From positions 64,001 to 128,000 of the forward strand of contig CAVWBU010000041.1 in the NCBI GenBank assembly GCA_963753345.1: a stretch of DNA of 64,000 bases, written 5' to 3'. The first letter of the stretch is position 1; every line of letters begins with the position of its first letter. Both the position numbers and the translations under genes were made by a program. Origin of the DNA: an uncultured Fibrobacterota bacterium (GTDB lineage: Bacteria; Fibrobacterota; Chitinivibrionia; Chitinivibrionales; FEN-1185). The notes under the pieces are model-generated. The model did not search any database. It was not told the DNA's origin and was given only the letters and a program-made list of their open reading frames with translations. Shown here piece after piece: positions 29,733 to 40,217 of this stretch.

Positions 29733-32330
29733 TTATCCCTTTAAGAACGCATCCACGCTTTCCGCGGCTTTCATGCCCTCGATAACGCCACGGACCGCGG
29801 TTTCGCCGCCGTTCACACAGTCGCCCGCGGCGAACACGCCCTTCACGTTTGTGGCAAAGGTGACCGGGTCGGCCGCGATGAGTTTGTCCTTGGTGATTGC
29901 CACGTCGCCCAGCGATCCCGCGACCTCGCTCGAAAGCTTCTGGCCTGTCGCTTCAATCACAAAGCCCGCTTCGAGAATGCTCTCGCTGCCGGGCACCGGC
30001 TCAGGCCTGCGCCTGCCGGAAGCATCGGGCTCGCCGAGCATTGTCCTCACCACCCTGAGCCCTTTCAGTTTCCCGTTGTCAATTACATAGCCCGCCGGCT
30101 GGGTGAGGATCATGAGGTGCACGCCCGCCTCGAGCAGGCCGTCGCGCTCGCCTTTCCATGCGGGCATCTGGCCGAATGACCTGCGATAGATAAGGTATAC
30201 GTCCCGGACGCCGAGTTTTTTCGCGGTCATCGCCGCGTCGATGGCCGTGTTTCCGCCGCCGATCACCGCCACGTTGTCCGGAAGTTCCGGCGGATTGCCT
30301 TTTTTCGCCTGCGACAGGAACGACAGCGCATCGATCACGCCGTCGCGCTTCTCGCCGCCGGCATCGAGACCCATCGCAAGGACCAGGGCATCGTGCCTGT
30401 TGCGCAGGTCGTCGAGCTTCTCCTGCGCGCCCAGAGAGTGGTTGACAAGGACTATGCAGCGCTTTTTGTCAATAGCGGGCCTGAGGACGGCGTTCACTTC
30501 GTCCGTTGCATCGCCGAACCGGTGCAGCGGGATGATGTTCGACGGCGTTCCGCCGAGCGTGCCGGTTTTCTCATATATGGTTACCGAATGCCCTGCTTCA
30601 ATAAGCCGGATTGCGCAGGAAATCCCGGCCGGTCCGCCGCCCACGATGCCCACCGACCTGCCGGAGGATTTTTCCGGAACGTCAACGCCGGTTATTCCCT
30701 GGAACCGTGCCGTTTGTGCGACCACAAGCTGTATGTCGGCGACCGATACCGGGTTGAGGCAGAAGATTTTTTCGAGGCATCCTCCCTCGCATTGCTCCTC
30801 GGCAGGGCACACCGACGCGCACATTTCGGGAAGCACGTTCGACCGGCGCAGGATGCGATAGGCTTCCCGGATGTCATTGCGCAAGAACGCCTGGATGAAC
30901 CCCGGGACGTCCACGTGGGCGGGGCACGCCTCAGCGCATGTGGGCTGCGTGCAGTTGCGGCAACGGGACGCCTCGGAAAGGAGGCGGTCGGGCGAAAACC
31001 GGCGCGCCTGGCGGTATTCCGGTCCGTAAACCTCCTTGTCGCGCACCACGCAGCCGGTGCGGCCGCCGTCGCGCATGATCTGGGTGCAGGCCGAACAGGT
31101 GACGCAGCATTTAGCCGGATCCATCGCGCCCTTGGTGAGAATGTCGTTCACCGAATCCGGATACGCGAACATTCCTCTGCCCTGTCCGACAAGCGTCGCG
31201 CTCCCCTCGCGCACAAGGGCTGCGGCGACAGGCGGCATGAATTCCCTGAGCCAGCCCAGACCCGAGCCCACCACGGGAAGCGCAGGGTATTTCTTCTGGA
31301 TGGCACTGTAGACCTCGATGAACCGCACCAGTCCGAAAAGCGGATGCTCGTCGGGCGCCTCGATTCCCTTGATGGGAAAATCGTAGGGCCTGCCCACGTG
31401 CGGATTGAAGTAGGGATTGCCTATCGAAACGTTGAGCGCCGAAATCCCGATCTTTTCGAGCAGGCGCACAAGCTCCAGCGGTTCGGCAAGGTCGGGTTTG
31501 AGAAAATCGTTTTTGTCAACGCCCCATCCGTACGGATACCGGTACGCGTCGAACGCGTTGAGGCGCGTGGCGACGAACACCTGCGGGACCTCCTGCGAGA
31601 TCCTTGCGAGCGTTTCGCGCAGCATGCGCGTGCGGTTTTCAAAGGAGCCGCCGTACCTTCCCTCCCGCGTGTAGCAAGCGAGCATTTCTGAAAACAGGTA
31701 CCCGTGACAGCTCTTGACATCCACGCCGTCAAAGCCCGCGGCGGCGGCAAGCCTGGCGGCCTCAACGTAGCGGTCCTGCAGTCTGTCGAGATACTCGTCG
31801 GTCACCAGAGGATAATCCGGCCCGAGGTTGTGGCGTGAGTCCAGGACGTCGCTGTGGTGCGCGATAATGGGCGCAGGCACCCCCGCGGGCTTGCTGTACC
31901 GCCCGGAGTGGGTGAGCTGCATCACCATCACCGCGTCGCGGCCGCAGGCGCGTCTCGCCGCCTCCTTGACATCTGCAACAAGACGCTTGAACGAATCGGC
32001 GTTTTCCCGGTGGATGTGCATCTGATGCGGATTCGATCTGGCCTCGGGCATCACTGCCGTCGCCTCAAACCAGATGAGCGCCACGCCGCCGCGCGCGTAC
32101 CGAACGTACCTGCGCCACGTAAGTTCCTGCGGGGTCCCGTCGGCATCCGCGTCGAAACCCTCCATGGGCTGGGCCACAAAGCGGTTTGCAACCGAGAATC
32201 TTCCGTTGATCACCCGCCCGCCGAGAATCGACACATCATCGTCGAACGGCAGACGCAGGCCGAGCTCGGCACAATCCGCCTTTAGGTCTTCAATATTCTT
32301 ATAGTGAAAACGACCGTGCTTTGCCGACAT
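29733..32330 (-). CDS. Old-yellow-enzyme (FMN) domain fused to a GltD/PreT-like Fe-S/FAD NAD(P)H module
   Basis: QPMEG, QLTHSGR, GFDGVDVKSCHGYL, YGGSFENR, CVTCSAC; then CRNC..PTC..ACP, CASVCP..QCE..C, GGGPAG, GGGNTAID, FAAGD. Confidence 0.85.
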   Translation of the reverse strand: MSAKHGRFHYKNIEDLKADCAELGLRLPFDDDVSILGGRVINGRFSVANRFVAQPMEGFDADADGTPQELTWRRYVRYARGGVALIWFEATAVMPEARSNPHQMHIHRENADSFKRLVADVKEAARRACGRDAVMVMQLTHSGRYSKPAGVPAPIIAHHSDVLDSRHNLGPDYPLVTDEYLDRLQDRYVEAARLAAAAGFDGVDVKSCHGYLFSEMLACYTREGRYGGSFENRTRMLRETLARISQEVPQVFVATRLNAFDAYRYPYGWGVDKNDFLKPDLAEPLELVRLLEKIGISALNVSIGNPYFNPHVGRPYDFPIKGIEAPDEHPLFGLVRFIEVYSAIQKKYPALPVVGSGLGWLREFMPPVAAALVREGSATLVGQGRGMFAYPDSVNDILTKGAMDPAKCCVTCSACTQIMRDGGRTGCVVRDKEVYGPEYRQARRFSPDRLLSEASRCRNCTQPTCAEACPAHVDVPGFIQAFLRNDIREAYRILRRSNVLPEMCASVCPAEEQCEGGCLEKIFCLNPVSVADIQLVVAQTARFQGITGVDVPEKSSGRSVGIVGGGPAGISCAIRLIEAGHSVTIYEKTGTLGGTPSNIIPLHRFGDATDEVNAVLRPAIDKKRCIVLVNHSLGAQEKLDDLRNRHDALVLAMGLDAGGEKRDGVIDALSFLSQAKKGNPPELPDNVAVIGGGNTAIDAAMTAKKLGVRDVYLIYRRSFGQMPAWKGERDGLLEAGVHLMILTQPAGYVIDNGKLKGLRVVRTMLGEPDASGRRRPEPVPGSESILEAGFVIEATGQKLSSEVAGSLGDVAITKDKLIAADPVTFATNVKGVFAAGDCVNGGETAVRGVIEGMKAAESVDAFLKG

Positions 32331-32584
32331 GTCGGACTTCCTTTACAAAAAAAACACCTTGTGCATGCCGCGTCCTCATGGTAATATTACATTAACTATC
32401 GAAGGCCGGTGCGACGAATGTAACAGGGGCGGCTTGCAGGCGGTCCGAGTTGACGTGAGGTTGTGCCTGCTGCTTGACATAGTACTATATGCCGCCGGTG
32501 AGGATCGGTTTTTCATCGAGCAAGTCGTGCAGGAACCACTAAAAAAATATAAGTTCGTAATATCTTATCGTTCATCAAGATATA

Positions 32585-32601
32585 TCTTACCACAGGTAAG
32601 A
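32585..32601. promoter_or_regulatory. Palindromic operator candidate (TCTTACC-N3-GGTAAGA)
   Basis: Perfect 7-3-7 palindrome; TATATT starts 32 nt after its end; related sites at 39998 and 45238. Confidence 0.55.
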
Positions 32602-32739
32602 AAATACTTTTGGCAAAATGTCCATTTATTCATATATTAAGAGTTGAAAATATGGGGTGTTGTCCTGTTATTGGGTGGTACATGCGTAACCGGTTAATTA
32701 TCAAGACATTATAACTTATTCCAACAAAAGGAGCGCGTC

Positions 32740-33837
32740 ATGGAAAAGAAGAAGAACGATGTGAGCAGACGTCAATTCCTTGCAAGCGCCGCAGCCCTGT
32801 CTTCGGCGCCCATCATTGCTTCATGCAGTGGCGACGGCAAAGCGCCCTTGTCGGCAAACATCCAGGCGCAGGACCCCAACGGTCCGACCGCAAAGCCACA
32901 AGCCTGCCCTAATATCATGCCCACGCGTATCCTGGGCAATACGGGTCTTAAGGTCTCCTGCCTTTGTTTTGGCGGCGGCACAAAGTTCGCCGCACTTTCT
33001 GCAGCCGATAGAATTCTTGCCATGGACGCCGCTATTGACGGCGGCATAAACTACTTCGACACATGCGTTGAATATGGCACGGCCGCCACGTTCGGCACCT
33101 ACTTCACCTCCGCAACTGCCCATACAACGCGGGACAAGGTTATCATCGCCGACAAACTCGACGCGCGTGACTATGCCGGCGCCAAAACATCGCTCGCGAG
33201 CGAGCTTAAGAACCTGCAAACATCGTACGTGGATATTCTTCTGTGCCACAACATCGGCACGGGCGACAGCCTTGCAACGATCTCGGCCACCACGGGTGCA
33301 TGGACGTATCTCAAGGAAGCCAAAGCCGCCGGCCTTTGCAAGTATATCGGATTTTCAAGCATGGACAACACCGCGGCAACCGGAATCCTTATCGATTGGA
33401 TCAATACGCTGCAGCCTGATGTGTGCACTCTCGCAATGAACATCACGGGCTATGGGAACCTCAGGACCACAACCCTTGCTGCGGCAAATGCGAAAAACGT
33501 CGGTGTGACCGCCATCAAGACGGTACTGGGCGTAGTAAGCGCGGCGCATCCCATAGACCAGGTTTTCGGCGGCCTGCTCAATCTCAAGGACGTCAATGGG
33601 AACTATGGCGTCACTGGTCTGATTGTGGGGCATGACGGCGGCGCCGCCCAGGTCACTGCAAACTGCAACACCATGAAGGCCCTTATTCCCACCCCGGATC
33701 CCAGCTGCACAAGCGTGCTGGAGTCCTACAATTGCGAGGAGCTCGAACGGAGCACAAAGCATCTGGCTGGCCCCCACGCGCTTCCGTGGGCGCGGCCTGG
33801 ATTCAAAGATGATGGCAAGCCGTATTTCTGGGCATAA
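32740..33837 (+). CDS. Aldo/keto reductase with Tat (lipoprotein-like) leader
   Basis: SRRQFL, IIASC; MPTRILGNTGLKVS, GINYFDT..Y, DK, LCH, IGFSS. Confidence 0.85.
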   Translation: MEKKKNDVSRRQFLASAAALSSAPIIASCSGDGKAPLSANIQAQDPNGPTAKPQACPNIMPTRILGNTGLKVSCLCFGGGTKFAALSAADRILAMDAAIDGGINYFDTCVEYGTAATFGTYFTSATAHTTRDKVIIADKLDARDYAGAKTSLASELKNLQTSYVDILLCHNIGTGDSLATISATTGAWTYLKEAKAAGLCKYIGFSSMDNTAATGILIDWINTLQPDVCTLAMNITGYGNLRTTTLAAANAKNVGVTAIKTVLGVVSAAHPIDQVFGGLLNLKDVNGNYGVTGLIVGHDGGAAQVTANCNTMKALIPTPDPSCTSVLESYNCEELERSTKHLAGPHALPWARPGFKDDGKPYFWA

Positions 33838-33928
33838 GGGAGAGATATTGTTGACAACGAAATTCCGGGGTGCAGTCATTTTTACTGAACGGTGCTTTTT
33901 CAAATGATCCTCTTGAAAGGGGGCTGCA

Positions 33929-34966
33929 ATGCATAAGTCAAGATTCTGGGGCATGGCTGTTGCCTTGGTGGTAATGGCGTTTTGTGTAGGTGTTTCTTTT
34001 GGATATCCAAGGCAAAATGGTCTCAAGAGCGTGTTGGACCTTTCAGACATGGGCCCTGTGGGACATCCGGTTGCCGACGGTGATACGATGTTAAAACACC
34101 TGTCCCTCAAATTTGGTTTTCAACTCACCATTGTCAAAACCCCCGTGCCAATCACCAGGGCCAATCTCCAGCAGTACGACGTGGTTATTTTTAACCAGAC
34201 ATCATATGCCGGGACAACTCTTAACGCAGATGAACAGCAGGCATTGCATGATTACCTGTTAATTGATCGCGGGAGCTGGATCGGCTGGCACGGCGCAGGG
34301 GCCACTCATGGAAGCTGGACGTGGTACATTGATTCTCTGGTCGGCGCTGATTTTACGAATCACGGCGGTGTTGTAAAAGGAATGATGTACACCAACTTTG
34401 CACAATACGCTACGAACGATACATTTAAAATCTTCTTCGGCAATGTGCCGGATACCTTCTATACCAGCGAGGAATGGTATAATCTGACTCCCAATCCGTA
34501 CAACCTTCCTTTCTTGCATATGCTCCAATACGTCGACGAAGCATCGTATGGCGGCACGGCAATGGGTCCGCATCACCCCGTTACATGGTGCCAGATTTTC
34601 CCTTGTGGGGGGAGAGCTTTTTATTGCAGCCGTGGACATACGTCGGCCTGTTTTACCGAGGTGACAATGGACTCCACGATCTGGGACGCCTTGCAATGGT
34701 GCGGCACACAGGTGCCTGCCACTAATCCCTGTATCACTGAGATTGAACAAAAGCTGCCAAATTCAAGGTTGCTTCAAAATCTTGCAACATGGAATTTTAA
34801 TGAGCCGACGCGTTTGAATTTTTACAACCTTACAGGACAACTTGTAGCCTCAAAATCGGTCAAAAGTCTTGTTGAGGCTCAGAATGCGATGCCTGCGGGT
34901 TGCCATATTGTGCGCATCATGGATGGGTCGGGACGCACTGCGCGGCAATTCACAATAGTACGATAA
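33929..34966 (+). CDS. Secreted ThuA-like (DUF1080/GATase-like) protein with C-terminal tail
   Basis: Signal peptide; YDVVIFN, GWHGA, GADFTNH, EEWY, HPVTW, GGRAFY..GH. Confidence 0.8.
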   Translation: MHKSRFWGMAVALVVMAFCVGVSFGYPRQNGLKSVLDLSDMGPVGHPVADGDTMLKHLSLKFGFQLTIVKTPVPITRANLQQYDVVIFNQTSYAGTTLNADEQQALHDYLLIDRGSWIGWHGAGATHGSWTWYIDSLVGADFTNHGGVVKGMMYTNFAQYATNDTFKIFFGNVPDTFYTSEEWYNLTPNPYNLPFLHMLQYVDEASYGGTAMGPHHPVTWCQIFPCGGRAFYCSRGHTSACFTEVTMDSTIWDALQWCGTQVPATNPCITEIEQKLPNSRLLQNLATWNFNEPTRLNFYNLTGQLVASKSVKSLVEAQNAMPAGCHIVRIMDGSGRTARQFTIVR

Positions 34967-35005
34967 GGTTTTTCAATCGTATTTGATTTTTGTGCATTTT
35001 TTAAG

Positions 35006-35036
35006 GGGAAGCTCCTTGAAGCGGAGCTTCCCTTTT
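35006..35036 (+). terminator. Intrinsic terminator
   Basis: gggaagctcc-ttgaagc-ggagcttccc-tttt. Confidence 0.8.
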
Positions 35037-35279
35037 GTGTTGTTTGATGCTATGCCGATGGCATTTCGCGGATCATCCGCGCGTTCAAGAAATGAAGAGC
35101 GTCGCTGCAAGGACAACAAGAACCTGTGGAAGCATGGCCCGTACTATATTTTCGGTGTGCGTTCAACTAGTTTTCCGATGTGATTGGAACATTATTTCTT
35201 ACTGGATGCGGACAAAAAATCCCGCAGGTTTGAGTTCATACAAAAATCAAACTCCTGTAATTTCCATAGGGATGTATTG

Positions 35280-36846
35280 ATGAGCAGCTTATTACTAAAA
35301 TCCGGCAAAGCGGTTCTTATTTCTCTATTATTCGTGGCGTTGCCGTTTAGTCATGTCTTTGCCCACAATACAAGCTGGAACAAGGCGCTTATCACACAAA
35401 ATGGAAATCAATTAACCTTGAAATTGCGGGTGGTTCAGGTTGATCTTCTGGGCGAGGTGGACAAAGGAATAGACAGCACGGCAGTTCTCAGCGCCAAGGC
35501 ATGGAACGAATTGCTTCCTAAAATCAAGAGCTACGTTTTTGACAATATTACTCTCAACATCGACGGCAGTCCGGTAACGAACGTCGTCGATGAAAGCTGG
35601 AAGCTTGAAGACAACTCGAACGGCGCCGCGGCGGTCGACACTCTCATGCGCGTCATTGAAATCTCCCGATCATGGAACATAACCGGCGTTCCGCACAACG
35701 TTGAATTTAAACCCGATCTGCTGGAAAATGTTGTGCTGCCGGTCAAATGGGTTGTTGTGCTGGTTACCGATAAGACGAAAGGTCAAAAATTGTTCAGGGT
35801 AATTTCACGCGGGGAAACGGTCTGGTTCGATTTTGACAAGAGTGCATTCGTCAACCAATCGGGCAAGTCCTTGTCCGGCACAGACGAAAGTACGTTATGG
35901 GGTAAGATTTCACAGTTCGTAAAAATAGGCTTCAATGCCATCAGCTTGGAAAAGATATTCAAATCAGGCGAAAATCCCCGTATTCTGATTATGTACCTGT
36001 TCCTCGCAATTGTGATCGGCGCGCTCCATTCACTCTCCCCTGGACATGGGAAAGCGCTCATTGGAGCATATATCATCGGGAAAAAAGGCACTGTTGCCGA
36101 TGCCGTTACGCTGGGAATCGTTACGGCGCTCAGCCATACCGTCAGCGTTCTCATCCTCGGCATTATTATTTTGATCGGGTTCAATTCCGTCGTCCCGCCT
36201 CAGATCAATATGTATCTCAATATCGCATCAGGATCGATCATCATCATCATCGGTATTTTCATGTTTAGAAAACGTCTCATGGAATTGAACAACGCCGACG
36301 ATCATCATGGCCATTTCCATGATCATCACCCGCATTCGCATGACCATGACGAGGCACACAGTTCATTCGCATGATCATCATAACGATAACGGGCATTCAC
36401 CTCATGAACTCGACGAGCACCACCATTCTCACCATGATCGTGACGGGCACGTACATTCGCATGACGCACATGACTATTCGCACGCACACGACCACTCGCA
36501 CGGACATCAGCACATCACGATGGAATCGATCCAGAAAAAAGGTTTCACGACGAATGTAATTATGGGGATTTCCGGCGGCATGGTTCCCTGTCCTACGGCT
36601 CTGGTTGTTCTTTTCCTTGCCGTGTCGGTCAAGAAAGTGGCTCTTGGTCTGTTGCTTATCGTTTTCTTTAGCCTTGGCCTGGCCGCAACGTTGACCGTCT
36701 TAGGAATTCTTTTTGTAAAAGGTTCATCGCTCATTAACAGATACGACAACAACAAATTCATACCCAAACTGCCTGTTCTCAGCTCGATACTAATTATGCT
36801 GCTCGGCGCGGCAATCGTGATCAGAGCGATGCTTGCGCATGCATGA
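35280..36846 (+). CDS. RcnA/NiCoT-like nickel/cobalt transporter with N-terminal periplasmic domain and His-rich loop; +1 frameshift near 36350-36362
   Basis: Signal peptide ending FA|H; GALHSLSPGHGK; ALSHT; poly-His/Asp loop; GMVPCPTALVVL..FSLGLA in 36307..36846. Confidence 0.8.
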
Positions 36847-36882
36847 GTATCCCTCCTTGGCGATCCAACGCCGGCCGTATGT

Positions 36883-38631
36883 CTAATCCGGCAGCTTTGC
36901 GAAACGATAGGTTAATGTTGCGCCCAAACTGAAATTTCCGTGGTATCTTGCCACGACGGATTGGCGAAGAATCGGACTATCGTAAAATGCAAAAGCGTAT
37001 GAAGCCTGGATTCTAAGCATATTGGCCCACTCAAGTGCAACAAAAGGAGTGATCATATGCGTATTAACCGCCTCCCTTTCCCACTTTGCAGGATCGTTGT
37101 CGACAAACCCGAAATCGTTTCCATTCGGCTCCAATATCGTATAGTCGTTCACAACCGGCTCGATATCGGGAATATTTGAATGGGCATCGGGGTTAAAAAA
37201 GTGAAACTCATCATAGCGTGCACCAATACGAAAGTTCTTCATGAGAGGATATGAGATTCGAAGCGCGCATTTTATCGCCTTGAAATCCTGGGCCGTGAGG
37301 GTGGCTGTGTCTTTATACCCACCGTATTGGTAGATAGATGCGGAATCCAGGTAATAATAGGTATGATCAAATGCGTAGGTAACGCTGTTTTTTGCCGGAA
37401 TTTGCCATGTCCCGGCTACTCCTCCGTCAACTTCCAGCTTCTTCCATCGCCAATTCGCCCAGTACATGCCGTTTAAGACCGAACTTCCTTCCATTGAGAA
37501 ATTCGGTATCATTTCGTTCCAGTTCCAGCTGTCAACAACAGATCCAACGTTGGCACTGGGTTTGTTTACGTAATCGGGCGATCCGCTCGCCAGGAAAACA
37601 GTCCCGCTGCCATAGGCAAGTATTGCTTTCTGGACCAACCCCTTTGTGTTTAAAACAAGTTCTGTTCCGATGTGCCAGCCGCTTGTTTTAGGCAGGTAGT
37701 ACGTTTTGGTGATGATTGCATTTCCGGGGTAGTCAAGAATATTCGGGTTGCCGATGCTGGTTTGGGTTGAATCTGCCGGGCATTGCTGGTAACCTCCGAT
37801 TAGTTTGAGGCCGAAGGTCCTTTTGTACCCGTATTGAGCCCGCAGGAAAAGGTGATTGAGGTTTCGTATATTGTCAAGTTCTTCAAACAGCAGCTGCTGA
37901 TTGCCGGTTGTGTCGCTGAACCAGAGGGACCTGCCGAGAAACTGCTGGCCGGCTGCGGCTTCCCAGGAAAAAAAGTGGGTCTGCCGGATATCACAGCCGT
38001 AATTGAGAGCCAATCCATCAAAATTCCAATTTTCGAGCGGCATCTGATCAAAAATAGGGCAATAGGAACCCGAAATGTTTATCCGGCCGATTTCTCCGGA
38101 AAAACCTTTAATAAAGGGGGGCGCCCACTTGATTTCGAGCGAGCCGATCTGGACATAATTGCTCACGCTTTGCGCGTTTTCCGCGAGATTGTCCAGATTG
38201 CAATTCAAGGACATGGTTCCCCAGACATCGGGAAGGAAACGATACCGCAACCTTGAGCTGATGGAGTTCCCTTGCCAAAGCGGAATGTACCCGAAATCGC
38301 CCTGTGAAATATAATCATCGGTTCTGAAGGGGGTTGGAGTTTTGCCGGTCGATTCCAAGTAGAGAAAGGAATTATACACATTTGAGATGTCCCCTCCCGG
38401 CCCGAGCGGTTCTCCCCCATGCAGGTCTTGGCTGAGCGAATGTCCCAAATTGGCATACAGGTCGAATGCCAATTTTAGGGAGTCATTGAGATCATAGGTG
38501 GATACGCCGGAAAAGCTTTGGCCGGCTCCCGGCCCGCCGAATGCGCCTCCTTGCCCATTCATGGATTGATGAGCAAATCCTTGATGACACGTGAGAATAA
38601 TCAGCAAACAAAAGAATGCGGCTTTTCTCAT
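36883..38631 (-). CDS. Secreted / probable outer-membrane beta-rich protein
   Basis: Signal peptide; aromatic amphipathic strands; ends LGATLTYRF+AKLPD. Confidence 0.65.
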   Translation of the reverse strand: MRKAAFFCLLIILTCHQGFAHQSMNGQGGAFGGPGAGQSFSGVSTYDLNDSLKLAFDLYANLGHSLSQDLHGGEPLGPGGDISNVYNSFLYLESTGKTPTPFRTDDYISQGDFGYIPLWQGNSISSRLRYRFLPDVWGTMSLNCNLDNLAENAQSVSNYVQIGSLEIKWAPPFIKGFSGEIGRINISGSYCPIFDQMPLENWNFDGLALNYGCDIRQTHFFSWEAAAGQQFLGRSLWFSDTTGNQQLLFEELDNIRNLNHLFLRAQYGYKRTFGLKLIGGYQQCPADSTQTSIGNPNILDYPGNAIITKTYYLPKTSGWHIGTELVLNTKGLVQKAILAYGSGTVFLASGSPDYVNKPSANVGSVVDSWNWNEMIPNFSMEGSSVLNGMYWANWRWKKLEVDGGVAGTWQIPAKNSVTYAFDHTYYYLDSASIYQYGGYKDTATLTAQDFKAIKCALRISYPLMKNFRIGARYDEFHFFNPDAHSNIPDIEPVVNDYTILEPNGNDFGFVDNDPAKWEREAVNTHMITPFVALEWANMLRIQASYAFAFYDSPILRQSVVARYHGNFSLGATLTYRFAKLPD

Positions 38632-38769
38632 GAGTGCCCACCCGTTCTAGAATCATTCGTTTTGAGCAAAGGTTGTTATGAAGCATGAAACCAGGAAATA
38701 TCCGTGCATTGTCCCCTGCCGTCCGGTATGCTCGACCTAAAACCAGGCAGGCAGGCGGCAACGATTTGC

Positions 38770-39648
38770 TTACTTAAGGAGAATCGTATCTTTCTTCTCC
38801 TTTTTCTTCTCGTGTTCCTTATAGTAGAAATAACCCCGCATCTCCGTTTCCGATTTCTTCAGTTCGTCCGTCAACCAAACCAGATCCTGTGTGCTGACCG
38901 CAAATTCTCCAAGGTCAAAATACTGATGTATCTTGGTCGTCTTGTTCTTCAGTTTGTCCACCTCTTCGAAAACCACATTCCACATTTTGGCGCCCGTGGT
39001 ATCGGGAACGATCTCAAATTTGAGCAAATATTTCCGGAACGAGGTGTCTTCCCAGGAGAATGCAAGCGAGGAGACGTTTCCAACGAAGCTGCTGTCTTTC
39101 TGAATCCGTGAAGGATTGAGGTTTTTTAGATCAATGCGGGGGCCTATTGATAACCGTTGTGATGCAGAAGCACCCGACAAATTGCTGGTGTCAATCACCA
39201 TGGTCACCGAGGAGCCATAACGCGTGGAAAGGCTGTCCATGCCGGTTGATATCTTGTAATGAGGTGAACCCGAGCTCCTTTTCAATAATGTTGAATCTAT
39301 TTTCCCGGGGTGGGCGACCAAACTGTCGATGTTATCAAGGGACAGCAGGCGTAATTCATTATAGAGAGAATAGATGATCTTCAAATGGGGATGAACCTTA
39401 TCGAAGTTGAATTCCTCCATGTCATCATTCATTGCCCGTAAAACTGCATTCAGGGCTTCAAAAATCTCCTCAGGGGTCCTCTTTTTGAAATTCTCTTTTT
39501 CAATGTGGCTCGAAGTGGTGGGAGTTACGGATACCTGCGGCTTAAGGGTCTCTTTCGAGGCATTATTTTGCGCTTCGGAGTGCACGGAGAATAGGAAAAG
39601 TAAAACGATTGCCGGAAGCGATTTGCAGAGTCGGGTAACTTTGAACAT
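38770..39648 (-). CDS. Hypothetical exported protein
   Basis: Long ORF; signal-peptide-like MFKV...VHSEA from 39648. Start uncertain. Confidence 0.5.
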   Translation of the reverse strand: MFKVTRLCKSLPAIVLLFLFSVHSEAQNNASKETLKPQVSVTPTTSSHIEKENFKKRTPEEIFEALNAVLRAMNDDMEEFNFDKVHPHLKIIYSLYNELRLLSLDNIDSLVAHPGKIDSTLLKRSSGSPHYKISTGMDSLSTRYGSSVTMVIDTSNLSGASASQRLSIGPRIDLKNLNPSRIQKDSSFVGNVSSLAFSWEDTSFRKYLLKFEIVPDTTGAKMWNVVFEEVDKLKNKTTKIHQYFDLGEFAVSTQDLVWLTDELKKSETEMRGYFYYKEHEKKKEKKDTILLK

Positions 39649-39997
39649 ATATGAAGTCGCATTTCTGAAACACTGGCCGTTCCAACCGACGGACAGGTAA
39701 TCACTTTTTCTGCGAGAGTTTCGCGAGAGTTTTAGGTATATCAAGAGACTTTGTACATGCCACATTGTCATCGCGTTGATACGGTTGGGTGAATTATTCC
39801 CCTCCGGATCCGATGCCACACGAATATCCTCATGGTTGTTTAATTTATCAATATACTTCTTAAGAAACGAAGGTGGCTTTTCAACTTCCGTAAAAGACAT
39901 GTGCATGGGTGACATTGTGGACTAATTCCTGCTATGGTGAATCACTCGTAAAATAAAGGAATACCAAGAAATTCGCGGTAATTCGTGTGGAAACATA

Positions 39998-40014
39998 TCT
40001 TACTTACAGGAAGA
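39998..40014. promoter_or_regulatory. Operator candidate, copy 2
   Basis: TCTTACT-TAC-AGGAAGA; TATATT starts 32 nt after its end. Confidence 0.5.
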
Positions 40015-40217
40015 AAAATGTTTTGGAAACGCAAGTGCGCGTTTTTATATTAACTCATATAAAAAGCCCCTTGTTTTTGCCCTAAATTCTTGACAACTAA
40101 TAGGAAACAGCGCCCGGTTTTTTTGCCGTTGTCATTAGGTTGTAAGAAACCACCGTCACCGGAACATTATCTCTTGACTGCAAATCAAGCAATTTAATTT
40201 CAAAGGAGGGTCTGTAC

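Noticed and set aside
35261-35274. 14-nt partial match (tttccatagggatg) to the dispersed repeat core
   Set aside because: Flanks do not match; may be chance.
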